Assembly (NCBI RefSeq): GCF_963921235.1
Contig: NC_086108.1
Coordinates: 44,890,001 to 44,954,000, forward strand
From: Mobula hypostoma
Lineage: Eukaryota
Direction of reading: 5' to 3'
DNA length: 64,000 bases
Within the stretch, counting starts at the first letter, position 1; each line of letters begins with the position of its first letter. The notes beneath the pieces are model-generated. The model was not told the origin of the DNA. It searched no databases and worked only from the letters and a program-made list of their open reading frames with translations. This document shows, piece by piece, positions 49,729 to 61,359 of the stretch. A program made the position numbers and the translations under genes.

Positions 49729-52265
49729 CCACTAAATCGTCAATATACGCTTCTGCGTTCTTTAGCCCTTTTATCACTGAATTAATCATCCTATGGGATG
49801 TTGCTTACTAGGCTGACCTGATGTGACAACACCACGTACCGGCTCTTTGCATCGCCTCGGGACATCCGGATATACGTCTGCGTGCCGGTTAATTAGCTTT
49901 CTCAGTGGCACACTCTGTTTGGGGGTTAAGGGAGAGACCTTATCAGCAAAGCTGGCCAAAACAATAGAGTTCTCCCATCTGGTCAGCACCATACTTATCT
50001 TTTCAAAATGGGTTTTCCCCTTATCAGGTGACACCCTAGCCTCATTAATTTTCGTGATAACACCGACTAGGTCTGCTTGCTTATCGTGGCAAGCTGTTAG
50101 CATATCAAGAGCCTGTAACTGTGTTAGCTCACGTCTACAATAGCCAATAGCATCCTTCCTCCTGTGCGGCCAGTAAAACTCTTTCATGATCCTATCGACT
50201 GTTTTCCTCACACCAAAATGTCCACTGATGGGTATCTTGTGGGCCAGGTTAAAAATCTATCCGCTATAAATTTTTGGCACTACCACCTGGTGCACCGTCC
50301 CCCATTCCTCATCGTACTTGGTCTCCATTTCCTCCTTAGTACTCCCTCCTTCACATAATAGCCCACTGGCTCCTTTTTTTAATTCTGCTTCGAGAGAGCT
50401 GTCTCCGTCAAAACCATTAGCTCCTCGTCTCGTTCCTGTGCCTGTATAAATTCCTTCCTTGCTAATGATAAGTCTACCTCAACTCCCTCACTACGCTCCT
50501 TCTCACTTTCTAACCCCTCCTGGTACAAGGCTGGTAAAAACGTCTCAGCTAAGTCTATATTCGCTTCAGCAGCCTTTCTGGACATGCGCCGAGTCACTGC
50601 GCAAATGGGATAAACCTGTGAGTCCATGAGCGGGGCCTCAATGCGAGCCGGTTTGCTTGTCAGTTTTACTGCTGAGTACACATTTCCGCCGACGAGGTCA
50701 TTACCGAGTAAGACCTCCACGTCTTCCATCGGTGGTTCGGGCCTCACCCCTATCGTGACTGGTCTGGAGACCAAGTCTCTTTTTCTGTGTATCTGGTGCA
50801 AAGCTACTGCTACAGTCCCTTTCCCAATGCCTTTTATCACCCTGACCTCCCCACTCTGGGTCTCTGAACTAAAGTCTAACACACTCTTTAAGATCAATGA
50901 CTGACAAGCCCCAGTGTCTCTCCAGATCCATACTGGGACCGGGTTTAACCCCTCCCTCACCGACACCAATCCGGCCGAAATAAACTTCTCGCGCCCTTCC
51001 TGAACTTTATCAGACCTCTTCTCCCCTAGCGGTTTGTTTGCCAGCTCAATACAGCCAGTCGGAATTGTCGTTTTTCCTTTCCCCGTCTTCTTCTTTGGGG
51101 CAAAGCACCTGGACGCAAAGTGACCGGCTTTCCCACAATTATAGCATACGACCCCCAGAGACTTCCTACCAAACTGCTCCCGGTCTTCCTTATCCTTCTC
51201 ACTAGTCCCCGGCTTACTTTCTGGCTTTTCTGGTGGACTCTCTCCGCCCTCTTGACTACCCTTCTGGTAGCTTTTACTCGGGGTGAACTTCGCTTTGTGT
51301 GTCAACGTGTACTCATCTGCTAACTTAGCAGTTGCGGCTAAGGTTTCTGCCTCTTTCTCATCTAGATAGGGCCTCATACCTTCAGGGACACAACTTTTAA
51401 ACTGCTCAATCAGTATTAGCTGTAGCAGTCTGTCATAATCCCCATTGACACCTTTCGAGGCGCACCAACGCTCACAATATATCTGCATCTCACGGGCAAA
51501 CTCTAAATACGTGCGGCCTCACTGCTTCCTCACATTCCGGAACCTCTGCCGGTATGCCTCCAGAACCAACTCATAAATGCTGAGTATTGCCTCTTTCACC
51601 ACATCATACTTCTGGGCATCTTCCGCGGACAATGCCTAGTAAGCTTACTGAGCTTTTCCTTTAAGTACGCCCTGAAGCAAAACAGCCCACTTATCCCTCG
51701 GCCAGTCTTGATTTGCAGCGACTTTTTCAAAATGTAGAATGTACCTATCAACATCGGCCTCCTCAAATGGGGGAACCAGCCTAACTTCCTGGGTCGCCCT
51801 GAACCCTCCACCTTGGTTCGGCATGGGCCCCTGTGCTAGCGTCATCCTTAACTTCTCCAGCTCAGATTCTCTTTCCCTCTGCTTCTCTCTCTCTTCTCGT
51901 TCTAACTGCCTGTCTCTCGCTTCTCGTTCCAGCTGCTTTATTCTCTGTTCTCGTTCTAACTGCCTGTCCCTCTGTTCTCGTTCCAGCTGTTTTACCCGGA
52001 ACTCGTGCTCGAGTCTCAATTTTTCCATCTGCAGCTGTACTGCTTCTCCACCAGGTTTGCCCATAGATACCACCTCCAGCTCCCCTTGGGGAAACACACC
52101 TTTAGATACATAATGCTCAATGATAGCTCTGTGCATCTCCGCTCTCCTCATTGTTGACTTCTCCTTAAAAAGATTCAACCATTTGGCAACAGTCGCCAAT
52201 TCTGATTTCCTGGCATCCTTTAATGCCTCCAAGGTTGGCACCTTTAGAAATTCCTCAATCTCCAT
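49729..52265 (-). pseudogene. Unit 1 gag-protease-truncated pol, disrupted
   Basis: ORFs 51645-52265, 50379-51488, 49786-50211; SCAN-like WPRDKWAVLL..GKAQ, CCHC knuckle CYNCGKAGHFASRC, protease RDTGA. Confidence 0.85.
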
Positions 52266-52363
52266 TTCTGCTGTTTGCCCTTTCTTTCTTTTGGGAATTT
52301 TAACCCAATCAATTTACCCAGTCCCAAAATTGGCATTCAAAATCCTGGACAAGCCCCCATTTA

Positions 52364-52669
52364 TGTTACGTATCCCGTAACTGGGTTGCCAAACCAGCAG
52401 AAATGGACCACTGGTTGGAGTCTGGATTACTAGAAACTAATAAAGTTTTATTAAAGAAATAAGTAACACAGTACTCTAATAGTAAGGATATAAATACAAC
52501 AGGTTAGCAATGATAAAACAGACATGTACACAGAACTAGGGTAATAGGAATCAACCAAGCTCTATCGCAGTCTAGGGGTAAAATGATCAGTCTTAAGTGA
52601 CGCAGAGTTCAGTTCAGCTTAGTGCAGTTCGCAGTAATCGCTGTTGTACCGTTGGGGGGGGGGGGAAGG

Positions 52670-52717
<48 letters not shown>

Positions 52718-53273
52718 CAGACAGACAGACAGAGAGACAGAAGGAGGGAATGCAAATTTGATTCAAGCAGACCTTTGATGTTCTTCGCAGTTGGCTTTTG
52801 GGCGGACCCTTTTATGTCTTCTATCCCGCTGTGGTCACCGACTGTGACCCCTCCGTTCCGGATACGACCGTTCTTCCGCGGTGAACCCGGCACCCAGGCA
52901 AGGGCGGACACACACACCAGGTTCCCACCGATCGTATCTTTGCACCCTGTGTGTCTATGGTCGGTTCCCACGAACCGGACCTCCAAACTTCCACCAACAT
53001 ATGGGGGCACACTGCTCTTTCGGAGTCTCGTTATCTCGTGGTGCCTCTCGGGACTTAGCAAACCTGTTCTTTCTATCCCCCTACTGGGGTATCGCCTGTC
53101 CATCAAACTTCAAACAGTTCAGGTTCAAAGCAACCGTTCTGTCAATATTCTGAATTGTGTCTCTTTTCGTTAATCTCTCTCTCCTCTCTCATTAACATGT
53201 TGAACGTTTCTTCATTGTCTCCCTTATCTCTCTCATTAGCATCAATCATCTGATAACTTGGTTTGTCGTCACA
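52364..53273 (-). repeat. Shared LTR B (910 bp) with (GA)n tract
   Basis: TGTTACG...TCACA; PBS on the left side and PPT on the right. Confidence 0.92.
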
Positions 53274-53392
53274 CCCCTATCCTTCAAAGGATTTTTACTG
53301 GGGTAAAAATTTATGGGTATGAATACGCTATTAGATACACACTAATATACAGGGTCATCAGCTATTCGGCTAATACAGAGAACTTTAAGTTT

Positions 53393-56300
53393 TCAACACC
53401 TTGACAGACAGTCAGCAATCACATTGTCCGTTCCTTTTATATGTTTTATTTTAATATCAAATTCCTCTAAGATCAGGCTCCAAATTAGCAACCTTTTGTT
53501 TATATGCTTCATAGTGGCTAAAAATATTAATGGGTTGTGATCAGTGTAAATTATCAGTGGTTTCCGTGCCGGACAAATATAACAAAGGTCGTCCCACACA
53601 AACTTCGCATTCTTTGGCAAGAGCTTAGTAAGAGGGAGGGTAATATCCGCAAAGTTTTTGCAAAACTTCCGATGGTACCCCACCATCCCCAAACCTTCTC
53701 AGGGCTCTCTTGTCTGTCGGGGTGGGGACTTCAGAGATAGCGTGCACCTTAGCCTGCATCGGAGCCAGCTGCCCCTGTCCTACCCCAAATCCCATATAAG
53801 TGACCTTCACGTGGCCAAATTCACTTTTTGTGAGGTTCACTGTCAGGCTGGCTTCAAACAGCTGTTTATACAGTTCCTCTACTGCCACAATGTGCCCCTC
53901 CCACGTGTCAATCCAGACCACTAAATCGTCAATATACGCTTCCGCGTTCTTTAGCCCTTTTATCACTGAATTAATCATCCTATAGGGGTGTTGCTTACTA
54001 CTGCCCTGATGTGACAACAACACCATGTACTGGCTCTTTGCATCACCTCGGAACGTCCGGACATACGTCTGCGTGCCGGTTAATTAGCTTTCTCAGCGGC
54101 ACACTCTGTTCGGGGGTTAAGGGAGAGACCTTATCAGCAAAGCTGGCCAAAACAATAGAGTTCTCCCATCTGGTCGGCACCATATTTATCTTTTCAAAAT
54201 GGGTTTTCCCCTTATCAGGTGGCACCCTAGCCTCATTGATTTTCGTGATAACACCGACTAGGTCTGCTCGCTTATCGTGGCAAGCTGTTAGCATATCAAG
54301 AGCCTGTAACTGTGTTAGCTCACGTCTACAATAGTCATTAGCATCCTTCCTCTTGTGCGGCCAGTAAAACTCTTTCATGATCCTATCGACTGTTTTCCTC
54401 ACACCAAAATGTCCACTGATGGGTATCTTGTGGGCCAGGTTAAAAATCTATCCGCTATAAATTTTTGGCACTACCACCTGGTGCACCGTCCCCCATTCCT
54501 CATCGTACTTGGTCTCCATTTCCTCCTTAGTACTCCCTCCTTCACATAATAGCCCACTGGCTCCTTTTTTTAATTCTGCTTCGAGAGAGCTGTCTCCGTC
54601 AAAACCATTAGCTCCTCGTCTCGTTCCTGTGCCTGTATAAATTCCTTCCTTGCTAATGATAAGTCTACCTCAACTCCCTCACTACGCTCCTTCTCACTTT
54701 CTAACCCCTCCTGGTACAAGGCTGGTAAAAACGTCTCAGCTAAGTCTATATTCGCTTCAGCAGCCTTTCTGGACATGCGCCGAGTCACTGCGCAAACGGG
54801 ATAAACCTGTGAGTCCATGGGCGGGGCCTCAATGCGAGCCGGTTTGCTTGTCAGTTTTACTGCTGAGAACACATTTCCGCCGGCGAGGTCATTACCGAGT
54901 AAGACCTCCACGTCTTCCATCGGTGGTTCGGGCCTCACCCCTATCGTGACTGGTCTGGAGACCAAGTCTCTTTTTCTGTGTATCTGGTGCAAAGGTACTG
55001 CTGCAGTCCCTTTCCCAATGCCTTTTATCACCCTGACCTCCCCACTCTGGGACTCTGAACTAAAGTCTAACACACTCTTTAAGATCAATGACTGACAAGC
55101 CCCAGTGTCTCTCCAGATCCGTACTGGGACCGGGTTTAACCCCTCCCTCACCGACACCAATCCGGCTGAAATAAACTTCTCGTGCCCTTCCTGAACTTTA
55201 TCAGACCTCTTCTCCCCTAGCGGTTTGTTTGCCAGCTCAATACAGCCAGTCGAAATTGTCATTTTCCCTTTCCCCGTCTCCTTCTTTGGGGCAAAGCACC
55301 TGGACGCAAAGTGACCGGCTTTCCCACAATTATAGCATACGACCCCCGGAGACTTCCTACCAAACTGCTCCCAGTCTTCCTTATCCTTCTCACTAGTCCC
55401 TGGCTTACTTTCTGGCTTTTCTGGCATACTCTCTCCGCCCTCTTGACTACCCTTCTGGTAGCTTTTACTCGGGGTGAACTTCGCTTTCTGTGTCAGCGTG
55501 TACTCATCTGCTAACTTAGCAGTTGCGGCTAAGGTTTCTGCCTCTTTCTCATCTAGATAGGGCCTCATACCTTCAGGGACACAACTTTTAAACTGCTCAA
55601 TCAGTATTAGCTGTAGCAGTCTGTCATAATCCCCATTGACCCCTTTCAAGGCGCACCAATGCTCACAATACATCTGCATCTCACGGGCAAACTCTAAATA
55701 CGTGCGGCCTCACTGCTTCCACACATTCCGGAACCTCTGCCGGTATGCCTCCGGGACCAACTCATAAATCCTGAGGATGGCCTCTTTCACCACCTCATAC
55801 CTCTGGGCATCTTCCGCGGACAAAGCTGAGTAAGCTTGCTGAGCTTTTCCTTTAAGTACGCTCTGAAGCAAAACAGCCCACTTATCCCTCGGCCAGTCCT
55901 GACTTGCTGTGACTTTTTCAAAATGTAGAAAGTACCGATCAACATCGGCCTCCTCAAATGGGGGAACCAGCCTAACCTCCTGGGTCGCCCTGAACCCTCC
56001 ACCTTGGTTCGGCATGGGCCCCTGCGCTAGTGTCATCCTTAACTTCTCCAGCTCAGATTCCCTTTCCCTCTGCTTCTCTCTCTCTTCTCATTCTAACTGC
56101 CTGTCTCTCGCTTCTCGTTCCAGCGCTTTATTCTCTCTTCTCGTTCTAACTGCCTGTCCCTCTGTTCTCGTTCCAGCTGTTTTACTCGGAACTTGTGCTC
56201 GAGTCTCAATTTTTCCATCTGCAGCTGTACTGCTTCTCCACCAGGTTTGCCCATAGATACCACCTCCAGCTCCCCTTCGGGTAATACACCTTTAGATACA

Positions 56301-56455
56301 TAATGCTCAATGATAGCTCTGTGCATCTCCGCTCTCCTCATTGTTGACTTCCCCTTAAAAAGATTCAACCATTTAGCAACAGTCGCCAATTCTGATTTCC
56401 GGGCATCCTTTAATGCCTCCAAGGTTGGCACCTTTAGAAATTCCTCAATCTCCAT
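53393..56455 (-). pseudogene. Unit 2 gag-protease-deleted pol, disrupted
   Basis: ORFs 56093-56455, 55710-56036, 54570-55679, 54043-54402, 53625-54026 (YIDDLVV), 53393-53692 (TDHNPL..NVIADCLSR). Confidence 0.87.
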
Positions 56456-56553
56456 TTCTGCTGTTTGCCCTTTCTTTCTTTCGGGAATTTTAACCCAATC
56501 AATTTACCCAGTCCCAAATTTGGCGTTCAAAATCCTGGACAAGCCCCCACTTA

Positions 56554-56780
56554 TGTTACGTACCCTGTAAGTGGGTTGCCAAACCAGCAGAAATGGACCA
56601 CCAGTTGGAGTTTGGATTACTAGAAACTAATAAAGTTTTATTTAAGAAAGAAGTAACACAGAACACAGTACTCTAATAGTAAGGATATAAATAGGGGTAA
56701 AATGATCAGTCTCAAGTGACGCAGAGATCAATTCAGCTTAGTGCAATTCACAGTAATCGCTGTTGTGCCGTTGGGGGGGG

Positions 56781-56839
<59 letters not shown>

Positions 56840-57361
56840 GCACATTTGATTCAAGCAGACCTTTGATGTTCTTCGCAGTTGGCTTTCGGGTGGACCCTTT
56901 TATGTCTTCTATCCCGCTGTGGTCACCGACTGTGACCCCTCTGTTCCGGATACGACTGTTCTTCTGTGGTGAAGCCGGCACACAGGCAAGGGCGGACACA
57001 CACACCAGGTTCCCACCGATCGTACCTTTGCACCCTGTGCGTCTATGGTTGGTTCCCGCGAACCGGACCTCCAAACTTCCACCAACTTGTGGGGCCACAC
57101 CACTGTTCCAGAGTCTCGTTATCTCGTGGTGCCTCTCGGGCCTTAGCGAACCTGTTCTTTTTATCCCCCTACTGGGGTATCGCCTGTCCATCAAACTTCA
57201 AACAGTTCAGGTTCAAAGCAACCGGTCTGTCAATATTCTGAATTGTGTCTCTTTTCGTTAATCTCTCTCTCCTCTCTCATTAACATGTTGAACGTTTCTC
57301 CATTTTCTCCCTTATCTCTCTCATTAGCATCAATCGTCTGATAACTTGGTTTATCATCACA
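56554..57361 (-). repeat. Shared LTR C (808 bp, about 100 bp shorter)
   Basis: Homologous to LTR B and D; lacks the segment after aaggatataaat. Confidence 0.92.
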
Positions 57362-57480
57362 CCCCTATCCTTCAAAGGATTTTTACCGGGGTAAAAATTT
57401 ATGGGTATGAATACATTATTAGATACACACTAATATACAGGGTCATCAGCTATTCGGCTAATACAGAGAACTTTAAGTTT

Positions 57481-60358
57481 TCAACACCTTGACAGACAGT
57501 CAGCAATCACATTGTCCGTTCCTTTTATATGTTGTATTTTAATATCAAGTTCCTCTAAGACCAGGCTCCAACTTAGCAACCTTTTGTTTTTATCCTTCAT
57601 TGTGGCCAAAAACACTAATGGGTTGTGATCAGTGTAAATTATCAGTCGTTTCCGTGCCGGACAACTATAACAAAGGTCGTCCCACACAAACTTCGCATTC
57701 TTTGGCAAGAGCTTAGTAAGAGGGAGGGTAATATCCACAAAGTTTTTGTAAAACTTCCTATGGTACCCAACCATCCCCAAGAACCTTCTCAGGGCTCTCT
57801 TGTCTGTTGGGGTGGGAACTTCAGAGATAGCCCGCACCTTAGCCTGCATCGGAGCCAGCTGCCCGTCCTACCACAAATCCCATATAAGTGACCTTCGCGT
57901 GGCCGAATTCACTTTTTGCGAGGTTCACTGTCAGGCTGGCTTCAAACAGCCGTTTAAACAGCTCCTCTACTGCCACAATGTGCCCTTCCCACGTGTCAAT
58001 CCAGACCACTAAATCGTAAATATACGTTTCTGCATTCTTTAGCCCTTTTATCACTGAATTAATCATCCTATAGGGGTGTTGCTTACTAGGCTGACCTGAT
58101 GTGACAACAACACCATGTCCCGGCTCTTTGTATCGCCTCGGGACATCCGGACATACGTCTGCGTGCCGGTTAGTTAGCTTTATCAGCGGCTCGCTCTGTT
58201 CGGTGGTTAAGTGAGAGAACTCATCAGCAAAGTTGGCCAAAACAGTAGAGTTCTCCCATCTGGTCGGCATCATACTTATCTTTTCAAAATGGGTTTTCCC
58301 CTTATCAGGTGGCACCCTAGCCTTATTAATTTTCGTGATAACACCGACTAGGTCTGCTTGCTTATTGTGGCAAGCTGTTAGCATATCAATAACTTGCAAC
58401 TGTGTTAGCTCACGTCTACAATAGTCACTAGCGTCCTTCCTCCTGTGCGGCCAGTAAAACTCTTTCATGATCCTATCGACTGTTTTCCTCACCCCAAAAT
58501 GTCCGTCGAGGGGTATCTTGTGGGCCAGGTTAAAAACCTCGCCCCTATAAATTTTCGGCACTATCACCTGGTGCACTACCCCCCCATTCCTCATCTGCGG
58601 GCACAGTACTTGGTCTCCATTTCCTCCTTAGTACTCCCTCCTTCACATAATAGCCCACTGGCTCCCTTTTTAATTCTGCTTCAGAGAGAGCTGTCTCCGT
58701 CAAAGCCATTAGCTCCTCGTCTCGTTCCTGTGCCTGTATAAATTCCTTCCTTGCTAATGATAAGTCTACCTCAACTCCTCACTTCCTTCCGTTTCACTAC
58801 GCTCCTTCTCATTTTCTAACCCCTCCTGTACAAGGCTGGTAAAAACGTCTCAGCTAAGTCTATATTCGCTTCAGCAGCCTTTCTGGACATGCGCCGAGTC
58901 ACTGCACAAACGGGATAAACCTGTGAGTCCATGGGCGGGGCCTCAATGCGAGCCGGTTTGCTTGTCAGTTTTACTGCTGAGTACACATTTCTGCCGACAA
59001 GGTCATTACAGAGTAAGACCTCCACGTAATCCATCGGTAATTCGGGCCTCACCCCTATCGTGACTGGTCCGGAGACTAAGTCGCTTTTTCTGTGTATCTG
59101 GTGCAAAGGTACTGCTGCAGTCCCTTTCCCAATGCCTTTTATCACCCTGACCTCCCCACTCTGGGTCTCTGAACTAAAGTCTAACACACTCTTTAAGATC
59201 AATGACTGACAAGCCCCAGTGTCTCTCCAGATCCGTACTGGGACCGGGTTTAACCCCTCCCTCACCGACACCAGCTTTCCCACAATTATAGCATATGACC
59301 CCAGGAGACTTCCTACCAAACTGCTCCCAGTCTTCCTTATCCTTCTCACTGGTCCCCGGCTTACTTTCTGGCTTTTCTGGTGGACTCTCTTCGCCCTCTT
59401 GACTACCCTTCTGGTAGCTTTTACTCGGGGTGAACTTCGCTTTGTGTGTCAACGTGTACTCATCCGCTAACTTAGCAGTTGCGGCTAAGGTTTCTGCCTC
59501 TTTCTCATCTAGATAGGGCCTCATACCTTCAGGGACACAACTTTTAAACTGCTTAATCAGTATTAGCTGTAGCAGTCTGTCATAATCCCCATTGACCCCT
59601 TTCGAGGCGCACCAACGCTCACAATACATCTGCATCTCATGGGCAAACTCTAGATACGTGCGGCCCCACTGCTTCCACACATTCCGGAACCTCTGCCGGT
59701 ATGCCTCCGGGACCAACTCATAAATCCTGAGTATCACCTCTTTCACCACATCATACCTCTGGGCATCTTCTGCGGACAATGCCGAGTACGCTTGCTGAGC
59801 TTTTCCTTTAAGTACGCTCTGAAGCAAAACAGCCCACTTATCCCTCGGCCAGTCCTGACTTGCAGCGACTTTTTCAAAATGTAGAATGTACCTATCAACA
59901 TCGGCCTCCTCAAATAGGGGAACCAGCCTAACCTCCTGGGTCGCCCTGAACCCTCCACCTTGGTTCGGCATGGGCCCCTGTGCTAGCGTCATCCTTAACT
60001 TCTCCAGCTCAAATTCCCTTTCCCTCTGCTTCTCTCTCTCTTCTCGTTCTAACTGCCTGTCCCTCTGTTCTCGTTCCAGCTGTTTTACCCGGAACTCGTG
60101 CTCGAGTCTCAATTTTTCCATCTGCAGCTGTACTGCTTCTCCACCAGGTTTGCCCATAGATACCACCTCCAGCTCCCCTTGGGGAAACACACCTTTAGAT
60201 ACATAATGCTCAATGATAGCTCTGCGCATCTCCACTCTCCTCATTGTCGACTTCCCCTTAAAAAGATTCAACCGTTTGGCAACAGTTGCCAATTCTGATT
60301 TCCTGGCATTCTCTAATGCCTCCAAGATTGGCGCCTTTAGAAATTCCCCAATCTCCAT
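57481..60358 (-). pseudogene. Unit 3 gag (394-aa ORF)-protease-deleted pol, disrupted
   Basis: ORFs 59174-60358, 58816-59349, 57839-58594, 57481-57849; private deletion of about 158 bp at 59273/59274 cuts the zinc knuckle. Confidence 0.87.
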
Positions 60359-60456
60359 TTCTGCTGTTTGCCCTTTCTTTCTTTCGGGAATTTTAACCCA
60401 ATCAATTTACCCAGTCCCAAATTTGGCGTTCAAAATACTGGACAAGCCCACACTTA

Positions 60457-60761
60457 TGTTACGTACCCCGTAACTGGGTTGCCAAACCAGCAGAAATGGA
60501 CCATTAGTTGGAGTCTGGATTACTAGAAACTAATAAAGTTTTATTAAAGAAATAAGTAACACAGTACTCTAATAGTAAGGATATAAATGCAACAGGTTAG
60601 CAATGATAAAACACACATGTACACAGAACTAGGGTAATAGGAATCAACCAAGCTCTATCGCAGTCTAGGGGTAAAATGATCAGTCTCAAGTGACGCAGAG
60701 TTCAGTTCAGCTTAGTGCAGTTCGCAGTAATCGCTGTTGTGCCGTTGGGGGGGGTGGGGGG

Positions 60762-60804
<43 letters not shown>

Positions 60805-61359
60805 GCAAATTTGATTCAAGCAGACCTTTGATGTTCTTTGCAGTTGGCTTTCGGGCGGACCCTTTTATGTCTTCTATCTGCTTTCGGGCGGACCGTATTA
60901 TGTCTTCTATCCCGCTGTGGTCACCGACTGTGACCCCTCCGTTCCGGATATGACCGTTCTTCCGCGGTGAACCCGGCACCCAGGCAAGGGTGAACACACA
61001 CACCAGGTTCCCACCGATCGTACCTTTGCACCCTGTGCGTCTATGGTCGGTTCCCGCGAACCGGACCTCCAAACTTCCACCAACATGTGGGGGCACACCG
61101 CTCTTCCAGGATCTCGTTATCTTGTGGTGTCTCTCGGGCCTTAGTGAACCTGTTCTTTTTATCCCCCTGCTGGGGTATCGCCTGTCCATCAAATTTCAAA
61201 CAGTTCAGGTTCAAAGCAACCGGTCTGTCAATATTCTGAATTGTGTCTCTTTTTGTTAATCTCTCTCTCCTCTCTCATTAACATCTTGAGTGTTTCTTCA
61301 TTGTCTCCCTTATCTCTCTCAGTAGCATCAATCGTCTGATAACTTGGTTTGTCGTCACA
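60457..61359 (-). repeat. Outer 5' LTR D (903 bp)
   Basis: Homologous LTR; ends at the TSD tctc. Confidence 0.92.

Larger units (their letters stand above)
49658..61359 (-). mobile_element. Tandem trimer of a Gmr1-like Gypsy LTR retrotransposon derivative (LTR-int-LTR-int-LTR-int-LTR)
   Basis: Four LTRs (49658-about 49728 truncated, 52364-53273, 56554-57361, 60457-61359), tRNA-Pro-type PBS TGGGGGCTTGTCCAGGAT, PPT gaaggatagggg, single 4-bp TSD tctc at 49654-49657 and 61360-61363, domain order gag-PR-IN-RT-RH. Confidence 0.93.

Noticed and set aside
50626..60473. Repeated plus-strand ORFs across the array
   Set aside because: Antisense shadows of the gag-pol reading frame, repeated because the units are repeated.
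49658..61359. Array as a pure assembly artefact
   Set aside because: Units differ by many substitutions and private indels and the outer TSD is clean; read-level confirmation is still needed.
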